The position numbers and the translations under genes are program-made. From Eledone cirrhosa (Eukaryota), in the NCBI GenBank assembly GCA_964016885.1, contig OZ024742.1:327484001-327548000 (forward strand): a stretch of 64,000 nt of DNA. Direction: 5' to 3'. Positions 1 through 13,190 of this stretch are shown piece by piece (within the stretch, counting starts at the first letter, position 1; every line of letters begins with the position of its first letter). The notes under the pieces were generated by a model. The model ran no database searches. It was not told the origin of the DNA and saw only the letters and a list, made by a program, of their open reading frames with translations.

Positions 1-223
1 CTCACTGACGTATTACCACCTAAAGTAGGGTACATATGTGGCTGAGGTGTTTGGGCTATACCATTGCGGAGATCATGCGGTGGTCGTGATGGGTGTGGTG
101 AATGATGTGGTTGCAAGTGAGGTACCACATTTGGATTATTGAGGTTCTGTTGATGGTGGCGTTGATGTGTGTTATTGTGAGGGTTGTGATGAGAAATTCC
201 ACCTGCAATACTATGTTTGGTAT
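1..223 (-). CDS. MYRF: MYRF-like gene, Pro/His-rich exon continuing off the left edge (DTKHSIAGGISHHNPHNN...PHMYPTLGGNTSV)
   Basis: Acceptor ttttaatttgtttccag immediately above 223. Joins the 994 exon in phase 1 (G+AT = Asp) and stays open to the window edge. An in-frame alternative acceptor exists at 202. Confidence 0.8.
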
Positions 224-419
224 CTGGAAACAAATTAAAAATAATTATATAGAAATACGACTAAGAAAGAAGTTTGGTTATTTGAAAGCCTGCCAATACA
301 TGTTTGGTAAAAATGCCAAGGTAATAAGAAAGTAGGAGGATAAAAAGAATTAAAGGGTTAATTACTGGCTTTTTAAAGACATGTAATATTTCTTGATATA
401 CCTTTCTTTGTGTTAAAAA

Positions 420-900
420 ATGACAGTATCATATCATAAGATGATAGCACTATCATATCTTATGATAGCAGTGACATATAGTAAGATGACACTATCATAT
501 CAAAGACATCATACTTGTATCTTATAATAGAATTATCATATTTTATGATAGCAGTATCATATTTTATGGTAGTGATATCATATCTTATGTTGGCAATATC
601 TTATCTTAAGATAGCTAATAATATCTTTGATTGCGATATCATATAAAAAATAGCAATATCATATAGTATGGTGACATTATCATATCACATGATGGCAATG
701 TCATATCTTATGGTAGTACTATCTTATCATAAGATACCAGTATTGTATCATAAGATGATAGCATAATACCATAAAATGGCAGCATCTTTTCAAAGATAGT
801 AATATCATATCTTATGATAGCACTATCATATTGTAAGATGCCAGCGTCATACTATAAGATGGCAATATTATATCATAATCAGAGAATATCATACCACTAA
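420..900. repeat. Degenerate ~21-bp minisatellite (GATAGCACTATCATATCTTAT-like) with internal quasi-palindrome
   Basis: Recurring ATGATAG..CTATCAT units with ~21-bp spacing. Confidence 0.8.
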
Positions 901-993
901 TATATATATAATTAAAATAGAGTGTATTTCAATCGAAATGTGGTAATGAAAAGATTAACAAAGTTTTAACAATAAAGAAATGCTAATAGATAC

Positions 994-1052
994 CTTGTTG
1001 ATCATCTGAAGGGGAATAAGGTTCAGAATCTGGAGGGCTATCTGGGAGGGAG
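994..1052 (-). CDS. MYRF: MYRF-like gene, 59-nt exon (SLPDSPPDSEPYSPSDDQQ)
   Basis: Acceptor ttttattcttcag and donor gtatct. Encodes the LPDSPPDS..(E)xYSP motif characteristic of the MYRF/MYRFL N-terminus. Phase 2/1 is consistent with its neighbours. Confidence 0.9.
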
Positions 1053-1174
1053 CTGAAGAATAAAACAATTATTAAACCATTAAAAAATTACCATATTTTA
1101 TGGTATGTAGAATGCACAATTTTACTAAAAAAACTTTGATGTCAAAATTTGCCTGAGTTCTATACATCTTTGCC

Positions 1175-1480
1175 AACTTATTCCTGAGAGAGTCGTATGA
1201 GCAGAATCCACAAACACTCCTTCCAGTGGGTCCTGTCAGAAGCAACAGTCTCCAACTGATCTGGCTGGATCCCCAAGCGAGACCAGCCAAGCTCCTAGAT
1301 TTTATCCAACCATCTTACTCAGGGTCTACCCCTGTGTCTCCAGCCGGTTGGTTTTGCCTGTAAAATCTATCCAGCGATGATTCTTTCCTGAGACATGTTG
1401 TTCAGAGAAGAAGCAGCTCTACCTGAAATGATTCTCTGATCTCTGAGCTACACACTATTGAGTAACGTTACTCCAAAGAC
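1175..1480 (-). mobile_element. RTE-clade LINE 3' relic
   Basis: The minus strand gives broken SEIRESFQVELLLL / ILQAKPTGWRHRGRP / LGWSRLGIQPDQLETVASDRTHW, typical of the RTE ORF C-terminus. Similar to 59240-59645. Confidence 0.7.
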
Positions 1481-1748
1481 CCTTCACATAATAATGGTTA
1501 TTTTATACACTGGTACATCTTCTAATCTGAAATATACTGTAAATAGATTAGAGTTCTATGAAATGTGAAACAGTTCCAGTTCGTTATCTTCTGAATTCAA
1601 ATCCTGCTGAGGTCAAATCTACATTTCATCCTCTCATGGTCGATAAAATGAAGTACCAGTTAAATTCTGGAAGTGATATATTCTACTTTCCCTTTCTGAC
1701 AAATTGCCAACCTTGTGCCTAAATTGGAAATAATTATTTACCTGTCTC

Positions 1749-1817
<69 letters not shown>

Positions 1818-1888
1818 TTAACTCATTCTATCTCAGTCGCTTACACATTCTCTTTATATATATATATATATAAATTTCATATATATAT

Positions 1889-1933
<45 letters not shown>

Positions 1934-1999
1934 AATATGTGTGTGTTTGTGCATAGGTAAAAAAAAAACAGAAGTCAGGTGGAGGTAGATAGTTAGTTC

Positions 2000-2051
<52 letters not shown>

Positions 2052-2461
2052 AAATGTGCTAGCAGCCAAAGTGTACAACAACATTATATATGTATACATA
2101 CAGAGTATGTAATCGAGACTGCGCTAATATGTATATAAATATACACATTTCCAACATGTTGGCATATCGGAAAATACAAATTTCCCTGTAAATTGAAAAA
2201 ATGACACACACACACACACACACAGACACACACATACACACACATACACACATACACACACAAACACACACATATGAGTGTGTGTGAGTGTTTATGTGTG
2301 TGTATATATATATATTGTTATACTTTTGAAGGGTCATGTTGCCAATAAGAAACACACGCACCAGTTGCTTTCACTTCAATTTATTATAATAAATTTATAA
2401 ATTTAGGAATTTATAAATTTCCGGTTGGTTGGTTCCACAACCAGATGATTGTTTATATATT

Positions 2462-2504
2462 GTCAAAGTTCTTTCGTCACACATTCTGTGACCTCTTCAG
2501 TGAC
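2462..2504 (-). ncRNA. Minimal type I hammerhead ribozyme motif
   Basis: Minus strand reads GTCA-CTGAAGA-G-GTCACA gaatg TGTGAC-GAAA-GAAC-TT-TGAC: stem I, core, stem II and a vestigial stem III. Confidence 0.75.
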
Positions 2505-3084
2505 TGGGGATTCTTTTCTTTGTTTTTGTGCCTCTCCTTTGTTCTGTCCTACGCCATCTTGTTTGTGTGTGTGTGTTGTGTGCTTAGTTTGCGCATGTGT
2601 TACATCCGGGTGTCTGTGTGTGTTTATATTCGTTTACTTATTTGTTTATTTACATGTTACTGGGTTGGTTGTTTGTTCTATGTGCGTGTGTGTGTTTTCA
2701 TTTTGTCCTTAATTGTAAGTTGTGATGTTGCTGTTCCACTCATGTTTTCTATTTAATTTTGGTTGGAGTTCATTTATGTTTATTGCCTCTGTGAGGCAAT
2801 AAACATAAATGGCAATAAACATAAATGAACTCCAAACAAAATTAAATAGAAAACATGAGTGGAACAGCAACATCACAACTTACAATTAAGGACAAAATGA
2901 AAACACCCACGCACAGAACAAACAACCAACCAGTAACATGTAAATAAACAAATAAGTAAACGAATATAAACACACACAGACACCCGGATGTAACACAAGC
3001 GCAAACTAAGCACACAACACACAAAAACAAGATGGAGTAGGACAGAACAAAGGAGAGGTACAAAAACAAAGAAAAGAATCCGCA

Positions 3085-3127
3085 GTCACCGAAGAGGTCA
3101 CAGAATGTGTGACGAAAGAACTTTGAC
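3085..3127 (+). ncRNA. Hammerhead motif, inverted twin of 2462-2504 (CCGAAGA core variant)
   Basis: GTCA-CCGAAGA-G-GTCACA gaatg TGTGAC-GAAA-GAACTT-TGAC. Confidence 0.65.
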
Positions 3128-3330
3128 AATATATAAACAATCATCTGGTTGTGGAACCAACCAACCGGAAATTTATAAATTCCTAAATGTATAAATGTAT
3201 TATAATAAATTGAAGTGACACAACTGGTGCGTGTGTTTCTTATTGGCAACATGACCCTCCCAAAGTATAACAATATCGGTTTCAATACACGTTTTCAGAC
3301 AAAGAATCTTGCTAAACAAATTCAGAAACG

Positions 3331-3486
<156 letters not shown>

Positions 3487-3537
3487 GAAATATTTTCTAA
3501 GGCATTGCAAGAAAACTGATAAGATGTATATATTTAC

Positions 3538-3828
3538 GTTGCATTGTTCTTAAAGCTGTTGACATTTGGATTTGCACCAGTAATACAGTACATGCCTGCA
3601 CCTGTTGCTGTATTAATTGCAGTTGCGCAGTTTGAGGGGTGGCCGTGATGAATGTCTGGAGGTGGTAGAGCCTGCTGTGATAAGTTGATCTTTAGCTGAT
3701 TGTGATTGGCACCGTCGTGTGCCCCACCCCCTCCATGATTTACACACGAAGATGAGTCTGGTTCAACCAGATTCTCATGTAAACCATTATTATATGTCAC
3801 AGCTGAGATAAGATCGCCAGAGAAATAC
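3538..3828 (-). CDS. MYRF: MYRF-like gene, internal exon ([24 protein letters not shown]...NSFKNNAT)
   Basis: 291-nt open exon with acceptor tttcattgcag and donor gtaaat. Phase 2/2, compatible with both neighbouring exons; non-repetitive His/Pro/Gly-rich coding sequence. Confidence 0.85.
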
Positions 3829-4004
3829 CTGCAATGAAACAGAAACGTAGATTTAATTAAAAAAAGTCTGTAATGATTTAGGCTTTTGTTAATTCCAATG
3901 TTTATAATATCTTCACTAGTGGCCAGCTAATAAAATTTGCAGTATTAGAGGACACATTATAATTGAACTTTTCAATGTGTTGATATAATATACACATATA
4001 TACA

Positions 4005-4372
4005 TCAGGTCCGAACATAAAAGAACCAGACTCTCGTTGTCACTGCCTCCGTCTCACCCGCTCTCCCCCATCGCTCGCTTTTGAGCAAATGGGAGCTCAC
4101 GTGGTGGCCGCCCCGCGGCTCCAGTGGACAGAATAGAGAAGGTTTTTTTTCCCCTGAGGATGGTGAGGGATACGCGCTGGAAGAGCAATTCCAACTCGCG
4201 AGGCTCACACCTGCAGGTAGCGAACTGTGCTGATGGTGGTGAGCAGGGAGGTGGTCCTAGAGCCAAGGACACCAGAAGTCTCCATTGCCAAGGTCTCGAC
4301 AGCAAACCTGTCGGAGAGTGGCCAACTTTTTGAGAATTTACCGTCCTCGGTCCGAAATGCAGCAGAGCCTGT
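4005..4372. repeat. GC-rich dispersed repeat, unclassified (related copies 57107-57283 and 57501-57630)
   Basis: Three copies share GTCCGAACA...GGACAGAAT, and two also share the internal GAGCAAATGGG. Confidence 0.6.
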
Positions 4373-4389
4373 GTTAGTCGAAGAGTTAT

Positions 4390-4712
4390 GACAGCTAAAA
4401 CAGTAGCAGCCACAACAACTATAACAAAAACAACTGTAACTACAACTGCAACAGGAACAGCAAAAATAAGAGTGAGAAGAAGAAGAAGAAGAAGAAGAAG
4501 AAGAAGAAGAAGAAGAAGAAGAAGAGCACAAGAACAACAAGAACAACAAGAGCAGCCACAACAGCAGCAAACATGGCTATAACAATAACTACAATAACAA
4601 CAACAACTAAAAGAACAACATCAACAACAGCAGCAGCAACTACAACAACAATAACTACCACAATAACTGCAACAACAACTGCAACAGCCACAACAACAAC
4701 AGCTTAACAACA
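4390..4712. repeat. (AGA)n and degenerate (CAA)n simple repeats
   Basis: Seen directly. Confidence 0.9.
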
Positions 4713-5042
4713 CCTATGCTCTGATCAAACAATCATATTTTAAAATATAAATATATATTAGGTGTAGAATACGGTAAGATAGCAGTATCATTAGAAATCG
4801 GGACAAAATATTTTGTGGCATTTGTTTCAGTTCTTTGTGTTCTCAGTTCAAATACTACTGGGCACTATTTTGCTTTTCAGTCTTTTGAGGCCGATTAAAT
4901 GAAGTTCCAAACCAAGGTAATGGATTGACCGATATCTTTAAAACTTTGGTCAAAACACTTTGCGATATTAGTTTTGGATCGTTAGATTCTTTGGGTGAAA
5001 TTAGATGTGCCACCTTGTGTGTATCTTATTGATATGATCGTG

Positions 5043-5453
5043 TTTTAAAAAAATATGATAGTGTCTTTTAAAAAATATGATAGTGTCTTTTAAAAAATAT
5101 GATAGTGTCTTTTAGAAAATATGATAGTGTCTTTTAAAAAATATGATAGTGTCTTTCAAAAAACATGATAGTGTCTTTAAAAAAAATATGATAGTGTCTT
5201 TAAAAAAAATATGATAGTGTCTTTTAGAAAATATGATAGTGTCTTTCAAAAAATATGATAGTGTCTTTCAAAAAACATGATAGTGTCTTTAAAAAAATAT
5301 GATAGTGTCTTTAAAAAAATATGATAGTGTCTTTTAGAAAATATGATAGTGTCTTTTAGAAAATATGATAGTGTCTTTTAAAAAATATGATAGTGTCTTT
5401 TAGAAAATATGATAGTGTCTTTTAAAAAATATGATAGTGTCTTTTAAAAAATA
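5043..5453. repeat. 22-bp tandem minisatellite (AAAAATATGATAGTGTCTTTTA), ~18 copies
   Basis: Near-identical head-to-tail units with no spacers. Confidence 0.95.
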
Positions 5454-5597
5454 CCTGAAGGAAGGTAACCGAAGACCTCCTTTGGTTTCTCTCACAAAAA
5501 TTCTGACAAGCAAATAGCATTTACTATGAAGTCATATGGGGTTGTCTGTCAACAATTTTCTCTAATTTCAATCTCCACATTGTCATTTTGACAAATG

Positions 5598-5915
5598 AAT
5601 AATTGTTTCTACTTTTGGCACAAGGCCAGCAATTACCTCAGTGTATTACTGGTACTTTATTTTATTTTATCGACCCCGTAAAGCAAAGTTAACCTCGGCG
5701 GGAAGTGAACTCAGATCATAAAGGGCCGTAACTCTATGCTGCAAAGCATGGCGTCCGACCTTCTACCGATACTGCCAATCCAATGATTAATGGTTTCTGA
5801 TTTAGGCACAAGGCCAACAAATTTGGTGGGAGAGGAAAGTCGATTAAATCGACCTCAGTGCATTATTGGTGCTTTATTTTATTGACCCCGTACCCGTAAG
5901 GATGAAAGGCAAAGA
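5598..5915 (-). mobile_element. Two Nin-type tRNA-derived SINE copies (second partial)
   Basis: Match to the window consensus: A box TGGCAGTATCGG, B box GAGTTCAAATCC, central CCTTTCATCC..GGGGTCGATAAAATAAAGTACCAG. Confidence 0.8.
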
Positions 5916-5926
5916 AAAGAATCACC

Positions 5927-6390
5927 AGTCTGGAACCCCTATCTTGCTCAGAACATTGACCGCCTGGAAACTGTTACCCTCCATCAGGCATCTACCATAC
6001 TCTGAACGCCTTGCTTCCCTATACATTGCTTCCCCATACATTGAAGCTCCGACGTCTGGCAAAATTATTAACCCTCTTGCCAACAACAGCACAGCTCCCA
6101 TCACTTTCGGAAACATTTTTTCATGCTCAGCGTTGCTGAAGCATGGAACAAACTACCTGCATCAGTTATTAACTGTCGAGACACTGCATCCTTTAAAACC
6201 TCCATACTTCCTGAGATTCGCCAACACTACACCTAATATTCCCCTCCATACACACGCACACATGTATATCATGACTCATACACTATTCACTTCCCTGACA
6301 TTTGTATATTATCCTATGTACTATACATACACCTTTGATGAGTTATAGTGCACCTGAGCACTGTACACAATAATTTCATTATTATATTAA
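5927..6390 (+). mobile_element. CR1/L2-group LINE 3' fragment
   Basis: Broken peptides VWNPYLAQNIDRLE / IRHLPYSERLASL / VAEAWNKLPASV...SFK, followed by a UTR and an (ATT)-rich end. Confidence 0.75.
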
Positions 6391-6570
6391 TAATTGTTTC
6401 TACCTTTGGCACAAGGCTAGCAATTACCCAGTACATTACTGGTACTTTATTTTATCGACCCCGTAAGGATGAAAGGCAAAGGTAACCTCGACGGGATTTG
6501 AACTTAGACCGTAAAGAGATGTAACTATGCTACAAAGCATGGCGTCCAACCCTCTACCGATACTGCCAAT
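6388..6570 (-). mobile_element. Nin-type SINE
   Basis: Near full-length match to the consensus. Confidence 0.85.
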
Positions 6571-6916
6571 ATAATGTGTTTTGTTTTCTTCAGTATTTCC
6601 ATCATAAGTAGATAAATCACGAAGATGTTACTTGCTGCCGTGTATCATCGGCTGACTTTCAGATTCATTTTGTGTATCTCAAAGCGTATCTCACAAGCCC
6701 CCAACTGTCAGAATGTGTAATAAACTGGATCCTGATCTGAATACGAATGGGCTCTCTATTATGAATACCTTCCAGTACAAAGTCATCCATTAATACTATT
6801 GGTATAAGGGGAATCAGGGACAAAAATCAATAATAGATTTTGTTATTGTCTCTGATTTCTTTTATTCTGTGCTCTCCGATATATGTTTACATATATATGT
6901 AATATGTATATGTATG

Positions 6917-7011
<95 letters not shown>

Positions 7012-7805
7012 AAATATATATATAAATATGTAAATATATATATATGTATATATATATGTATATATCTGAATGTGAAAATGATGGTGGATACGAAAACCAT
7101 AACTTTCTTTTGCTTCTTCTTTTTATTTTCATATTTCTGCACACATACTTTTTTGTTCTATCAAAAAATACCCTACCACTACAACCACCATAATACTCTT
7201 GCTTACCCGCTTAAAGTGCTTGCATTACGTGTAACACCCTGCCACTCAATAATAGTATAAAAAAGAGACACACTTGCATGCTCCACGTGTAACTAACGCA
7301 TACACTACCTACTAGATCTGATTATCAAAATATCCTCTTGCATTATCTGTGTTATCTGCCGAATGTATTTTAATTTTTATTTTAATTTTAATTTTGATTT
7401 TGATTTTGATCTTGAATTTGAATTGCTGTACAAAAATAGTATAGTATAATATATGCCACTCCACTGTACATCAATATATATATATGTATCTGTATGTCTC
7501 TTGCGTTGGAAAGGAGGTCAATTATGTGTACAAACATTGAAAAATGCTCCGAAGAATTCAAGTCTAGGTTTGGATGAAACAATTGTAAGTGAATAAATGC
7601 TTTGAACATAGATTTGATTCTTGTGAATTCTGTATAACTGTAGAACTGTATAACTGTAGAACAACTGATGTTATTACATTGAGCTATTTATCTTACTGGT
7701 AATAAGGTAGTAATAAATTACTGACCTTCACTGTTTAGGGTTTAAAATATACATAACTATAAAAAGTTTTAATATATACATAACCATAAATAGTATCCCT
7801 AATAT

Positions 7806-7840
<35 letters not shown>

Positions 7841-7867
7841 GTATGTGTATGCGTATATATAAAATGA

Positions 7868-7980
7868 AGGCACATGGCTTAGTGGTTAGAACATTGGTTT
7901 TGCAATTGAGAGGTTGTGATGCCTTGAGCAAGACACATTATTTCACGTTGATCCAGTTTACTAGCTGTAGAAATGAGTTG
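7868..7980 (+). mobile_element. CORE-type tRNA-derived SINE, internally deleted
   Basis: TGGCTTAGTGGTTAGA A box and CCTTGAGCAAGACAC core motif. Confidence 0.65.
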
Positions 7981-8062
7981 CGAAGTATATTATGCATATA
8001 TATATATATATATATGTATAAATAACCATATGTATATATATATATATAATATATATAATATT

Positions 8063-8253
8063 AGAGATTAAAGCAAACATCACGAGCGCTCTATCTCAAA
8101 ATTATTTTTGAAAAGCATTAGAAATGCGCAACCGGTAAAAAAACGTAAAACTAAAACTGAATACTAACCAATACTTATTACTAATTTATACTTATTCCTA
8201 ATTAAACTATTTTTCACTGGGAAAAATTTGTCAGCATTTTCTTTTCCTTTTTA

Positions 8254-8258
<5 letters not shown>
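8063..8258 (+). mobile_element. PLE-like pLTR fragment (family C) in (TA)n
   Basis: Reverse-complement similarity to 13186-13385. Contains a degenerate hammerhead-like TTGAAAA-GCATT.AATGC-GCAA-CCGG-TA. Confidence 0.55.
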
Positions 8259-8311
<53 letters not shown>

Positions 8312-8351
8312 TGTATATAAGTATTTATATGTATATATATATATATATATT

Positions 8352-8411
<60 letters not shown>

Positions 8412-8689
8412 AAGTGTGTCTGTAAGTATGTATGTCTGTATGTACAAGCAAAAAAAAAAAAAAAAAAAAAAGAAAGAAAATGCAACCATCACATAATGTT
8501 AAAGTTGAGATTTTTTATATCAAACTTTACTTATTTTTGCATCACCGAACAGTTTCGGGGTCTAAACATGTCTGACTTTTCAGATGCTCATAAATTATTT
8601 AAAAAAAAAAAACTACGTCAACAGAACTAGCATTGTTTCATTCAGTTGTGAAATTCTCTGGAAAGCCGTGATGATTTCATAACATAATG

Positions 8690-8876
8690 GTTGCTTATAT
8701 AGGCACAAGGCCAGCAGTTACTCCAGTGCATTACTGGTACTTTATTTTATCGACCTCGTAAGGATAAAAGGCAAAGTTAACCACTGCGGGATTTGAACTC
8801 AGACCGTAAAGGGACGTAACTATATGCTGGAAAGCATGGTGTCCGACCCTCTACCGATACTGCCAAACCACCGCAC
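8690..8876 (-). mobile_element. Nin-type SINE with target-site duplication
   Basis: Consensus match, flanked by the direct repeat ATGATTTCATAACATAATG (~8670 and ~8879). Confidence 0.85.
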
Positions 8877-9344
8877 TTATGATTTCATAACATAATGAAA
8901 CGGTACTAGCCCAGAAGAAATCATTTTCGTTTCAAATAAATTATGTATACGCTATACTTGTGTGTGTGTGTGTGTGTTTGTGCGTGTGTTTAAATTTACA
9001 AACGAGAGAGAAAAGTACTAAATGCACATGTCAAATTTTGAGTTTCGGCTTTCAAAGTAGAATCGCAAAATTCAGAATAACGACGAAGATACAGGAATAT
9101 ATATAAGATTGATTGAAATTATATATATATTAGGTTATGCAAGAAATGCTTAGGATTATCCTGGATGCAGTAATGGTTAATTACTACACTGGATAGAGTT
9201 GACGTACGGTGAGAGGTTACTCAACGAGTTATGGAAGTATAGTTGAAGAAACTCAGTTCTTGATCCTTCTGTATTCCGGAGTGTAGATAAAGAATGATAT
9301 ATATATAAATATAGTTTCCATTTGTTAATATATTGTATATTTAC

Positions 9345-9541
9345 AGTTCAAATCCCACCGAGGTTAACTTTGCCTTTCATCCTTACGGGGTCGATAAAAT
9401 AAAGTACCAGTAATGCACTGGTTAATTGCTGGCCTTGTGCCAAACGTAGAAACAATATTTACTCCAATAATTTATTGAGTACTTTATATCAGTTATAAAA
9501 ATAGTTTGCTTGTTGTATCCCAACAAATTAAATATAACCTC

Positions 9542-9545
<4 letters not shown>
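9345..9545 (+). mobile_element. 5'-truncated Nin-type SINE followed by a PLE tail (family D, as 53145-53230)
   Basis: SINE 3' half at 9345-9457; 9458-9545 matches 53143-53230. Confidence 0.7.
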
Positions 9546-9594
<49 letters not shown>

Positions 9595-9765
9595 ACAAAC
9601 ATATAAACAAACACTGAAGTCTATATAGATCGTTCAAACCGTCACTAATTACATTTGAGCTGAGCGTAACATGTATTCTACGAAGGAAAAGGTTTCTGTG
9701 ACAGCGCAGTTTAGGCACTGATGCCTTTTCTGATGGCAGATCAGTGAGGGATCATCACCTAAATA

Positions 9766-9804
<39 letters not shown>

Positions 9805-9946
9805 TGCATATATACATGCATGCATAGATGCATGCATACATACATACACATATATATATATGTGTGTGTGTTTTTTTGGGGGGGTGGGGGTGTATTCGAA
9901 AAATGGACAAAGAAAACAACATGGGAGAATAATACAGTAAAATGCT

Positions 9947-9981
<35 letters not shown>

Positions 9982-9987
9982 ATATAT

Positions 9988-10124
9988 ATAGTTATGTAAT
10001 AAACAACATAAGGCAATTATTCCATTTACCATAATTGCCTTATGTTGTTTATTACATAACTATTAAGCTCTGTTACCTACATAGAGCACTCTTTTTTCCT
10101 GGACTTTTCCGACGGAATTACTTC
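9988..10124 (+). mobile_element. Micro fold-back insert: 33-bp perfect arms (9988-10020 / 10031-10063), 10-nt loop, ~60-nt tail, in (TA)n
   Basis: Perfect reverse complement. The tail begins with a GCTC...GAGCAC hairpin. Confidence 0.8.
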
Positions 10125-11078
10125 ATATATATATATATATATACATATATTAATTTAACGTTTGATATAGTAGGAAAACAGTTTCAGCGTTTCGGATGTT
10201 AATCCTTCATCGAAAGATAGAATGTGAGATAAAAGGAGAGACTAATGTAAGAAAGGAATAAATCGGGAAAAAATATAATAATTGTGATTGGATGTAGTGT
10301 TTCTGTGTACGTTTCAAAACTGTACCTACCTTAATCTTCCAAAGGGTTTCCTCACATCCATATAATTACAGTAAAGTTGTCCGGAATGGTGTCCGGCTCA
10401 ACTCGAATGTGACAACTTGTTCCAGTCTCAACTAAACTCAGTCGGCTCTAGGCTGGTCTCAGCAAGCAGTTCAGTGGATGCTATTACAATATTACCCGTT
10501 TACAATAATAATTGTTGTTACAATACCATCCACTGTGCTCTTACAGTACCACGCGTTTTCAGTAGTTGCCGTTTACACTACCACACGGTTTCAGTTGATG
10601 TTGTTACATACTCCCGGGTTTATTTTGTGCTGTTACAGACCACCTGTTTTTCGGGGATGCTTTTTATAACACTACCTGGTTTTAATGGATGTTTTTACTA
10701 CATGATACTCATTTTAAACTAAATACTTTTTCTCTTTTCTTTGTGTGTGTGTGTAAGTATTTACACTGACTGCGTTGATTTGGGGATTCCTCGTATCTGT
10801 ATGGTCAACAGCTTAAGTATTCCGTAGTAGATGATATCCTGATTTAAGGTATGCTCATGTAAATGTACTTGACTGTGGTCGGGTGGCTAAGCTCCTTCAG
10901 CAAGTGTGTTCTCTCTTAGTGACTCGTTTATGGACTGAGATTTTTTTTTTACACTCACATACGCATATATTCATATGCTTAGCCACACGCACACAGACAC
11001 ACATACACACACACTTAAATATATACATATATCTTTGCATGTAATAATATATATATATATATATTGTGTGTGTATGTG

Positions 11079-11184
<106 letters not shown>

Positions 11185-11197
11185 TGTATATGTGTAT

Positions 11198-11234
<37 letters not shown>

Positions 11235-11237
11235 AGA

Positions 11238-11271
<34 letters not shown>

Positions 11272-11280
11272 GTGTGTGTG

Positions 11281-11359
<79 letters not shown>

Positions 11360-11619
11360 TGTGTGTGTATGTATGTGTTTATTTATGTATGTATGTATGC
11401 ATGTATGTATTTATGTTTGTATATCTTTATACTATATTCACAAGTACGTAAAGATTGTAGTTTGAAGCAGTTTTTGGCTTTAGTTGGTGACTTAGAGTGG
11501 ATGATAATGCAGTTATAGGTCAGCTTCGCTATGATAATACATATGGTGGTGGTGGCGGGGCAGTGTCCGATTCTGTTGCTCTATTACCCCCACCTCCCTT
11601 CCCACATGCACCACCACAC

Positions 11620-11646
11620 CACCACTACAATCTCCATCAGAACCAG

Positions 11647-11699
<53 letters not shown>

Positions 11700-11899
11700 A
11701 TACTACTACTACTACCACCACCATCTCCACCGGCACCAGCACCAGCACTACTGCTACTACTACTACTACTACTACTACCACCAGCACCATCCAGGAACAC
11801 CAACTTAACCAGTATTTCCCTCTCCCCTCCCCACATCCCACCCATTACTTAGTTGAAATATAAGACCAAAACTTGTCCCAACTTACTAGTTTGGTTCTT

Positions 11900-11972
<73 letters not shown>

Positions 11973-12870
11973 GTCGTCGCCACCACCACCACCATTACGG
12001 GTATAACCATTACCACTACCAAGTCCACTGCTACCACCACCACCACTACCAATACCATCAACGCCACCAGTATTATCATCACTATTGCCGCCACCACCGT
12101 CGTCGAACTTACCGTCCTCACAATCACCACCATTGTCATTATCATTACTACCACCCCCACCCCTGCTGCCGCCACCACCACCACCACCACCAACACCACC
12201 AACACAACCACCACCATCATAACCACCACCACCATCACCACCAACACCACCACCACCACCAACACTGTCACTGCCAACACTGTCACTACCAACACCACCA
12301 CCACCACCAACACCACCACCACCAACAACACCACCAACACAACCACCACCATCATAACCACCACCACCATCACCACCACCACCATCACCACCAACACCAC
12401 CACCACCACCAACACTGTCACTACCAACACTGTCACTACCAACACCACCACCACCACCACCATCACCCCCAACAGCACCAACAAAACCACCACCACCACC
12501 ATCACCACCAATACCACCACCACCAATACCACCACCACCACCACCACCACCACCACCACCACCGCCACCACCAATTCATTATAAACAAAATTATCAGAAT
12601 TTACTTCATCTTGAACATCAATATCAACAACTACAACAACGGTTACCATAACAACTACGTCAACAACTGCAACACCATCTACAACGGCTACTACATCATC
12701 AACAGTCTTAACAGCAGTAACTACTACTACTACTAGTACTACTACTACTACTACTACTACTACTAGTACTACTACTACTACTACTAGTGCTGCAGCTGCT
12801 GCTGCTGCTACTACTACTACTACTACTACTATTGCTACTACTACTGCTACTACTACTGCTACTACTACTG
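11620..12870. repeat. (ACT)n/(ACC)n trinucleotide and derived low-complexity repeats
   Basis: Seen directly; source of the poly-T/V/H ORFs. Confidence 0.9.
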
Positions 12871-13100
12871 AGACATCAGCAGCATTCGGTTGGTGTCATG
12901 AGGTGCCAGAAGCTAGTTGGTACTGTTTGTGAGCAACCTTTCACATAACTGAACATACATACACACACACACACACATATGCATAAACACCTAGACGCAA
13001 ACACAAACACACACACGGAAACACGCACATAGACTCACGCGTGCGCGAGATTTCTCTTACATATGCAATATACATATAGAGAACTACATGAAACTATATA

Positions 13101-13183
<83 letters not shown>

Positions 13184-13190
<7 letters not shown>

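Noticed and set aside
2312-3276. Fold-backs as pure assembly or amplification chimeras
   Set aside because: Older examples have diverged arms, and boundaries recur at the same family-specific position at independent loci. The perfect young ones still need read-level confirmation.
5043-5453. Regular 22-bp repeats resembling a CRISPR array
   Set aside because: No unique spacers, no cas genes, and a eukaryotic intron context; it is a minisatellite.
11849-12736. Long poly-Thr/Val/His ORFs
   Set aside because: Trinucleotide repeats are open in several frames on both strands, with no splice or domain support.
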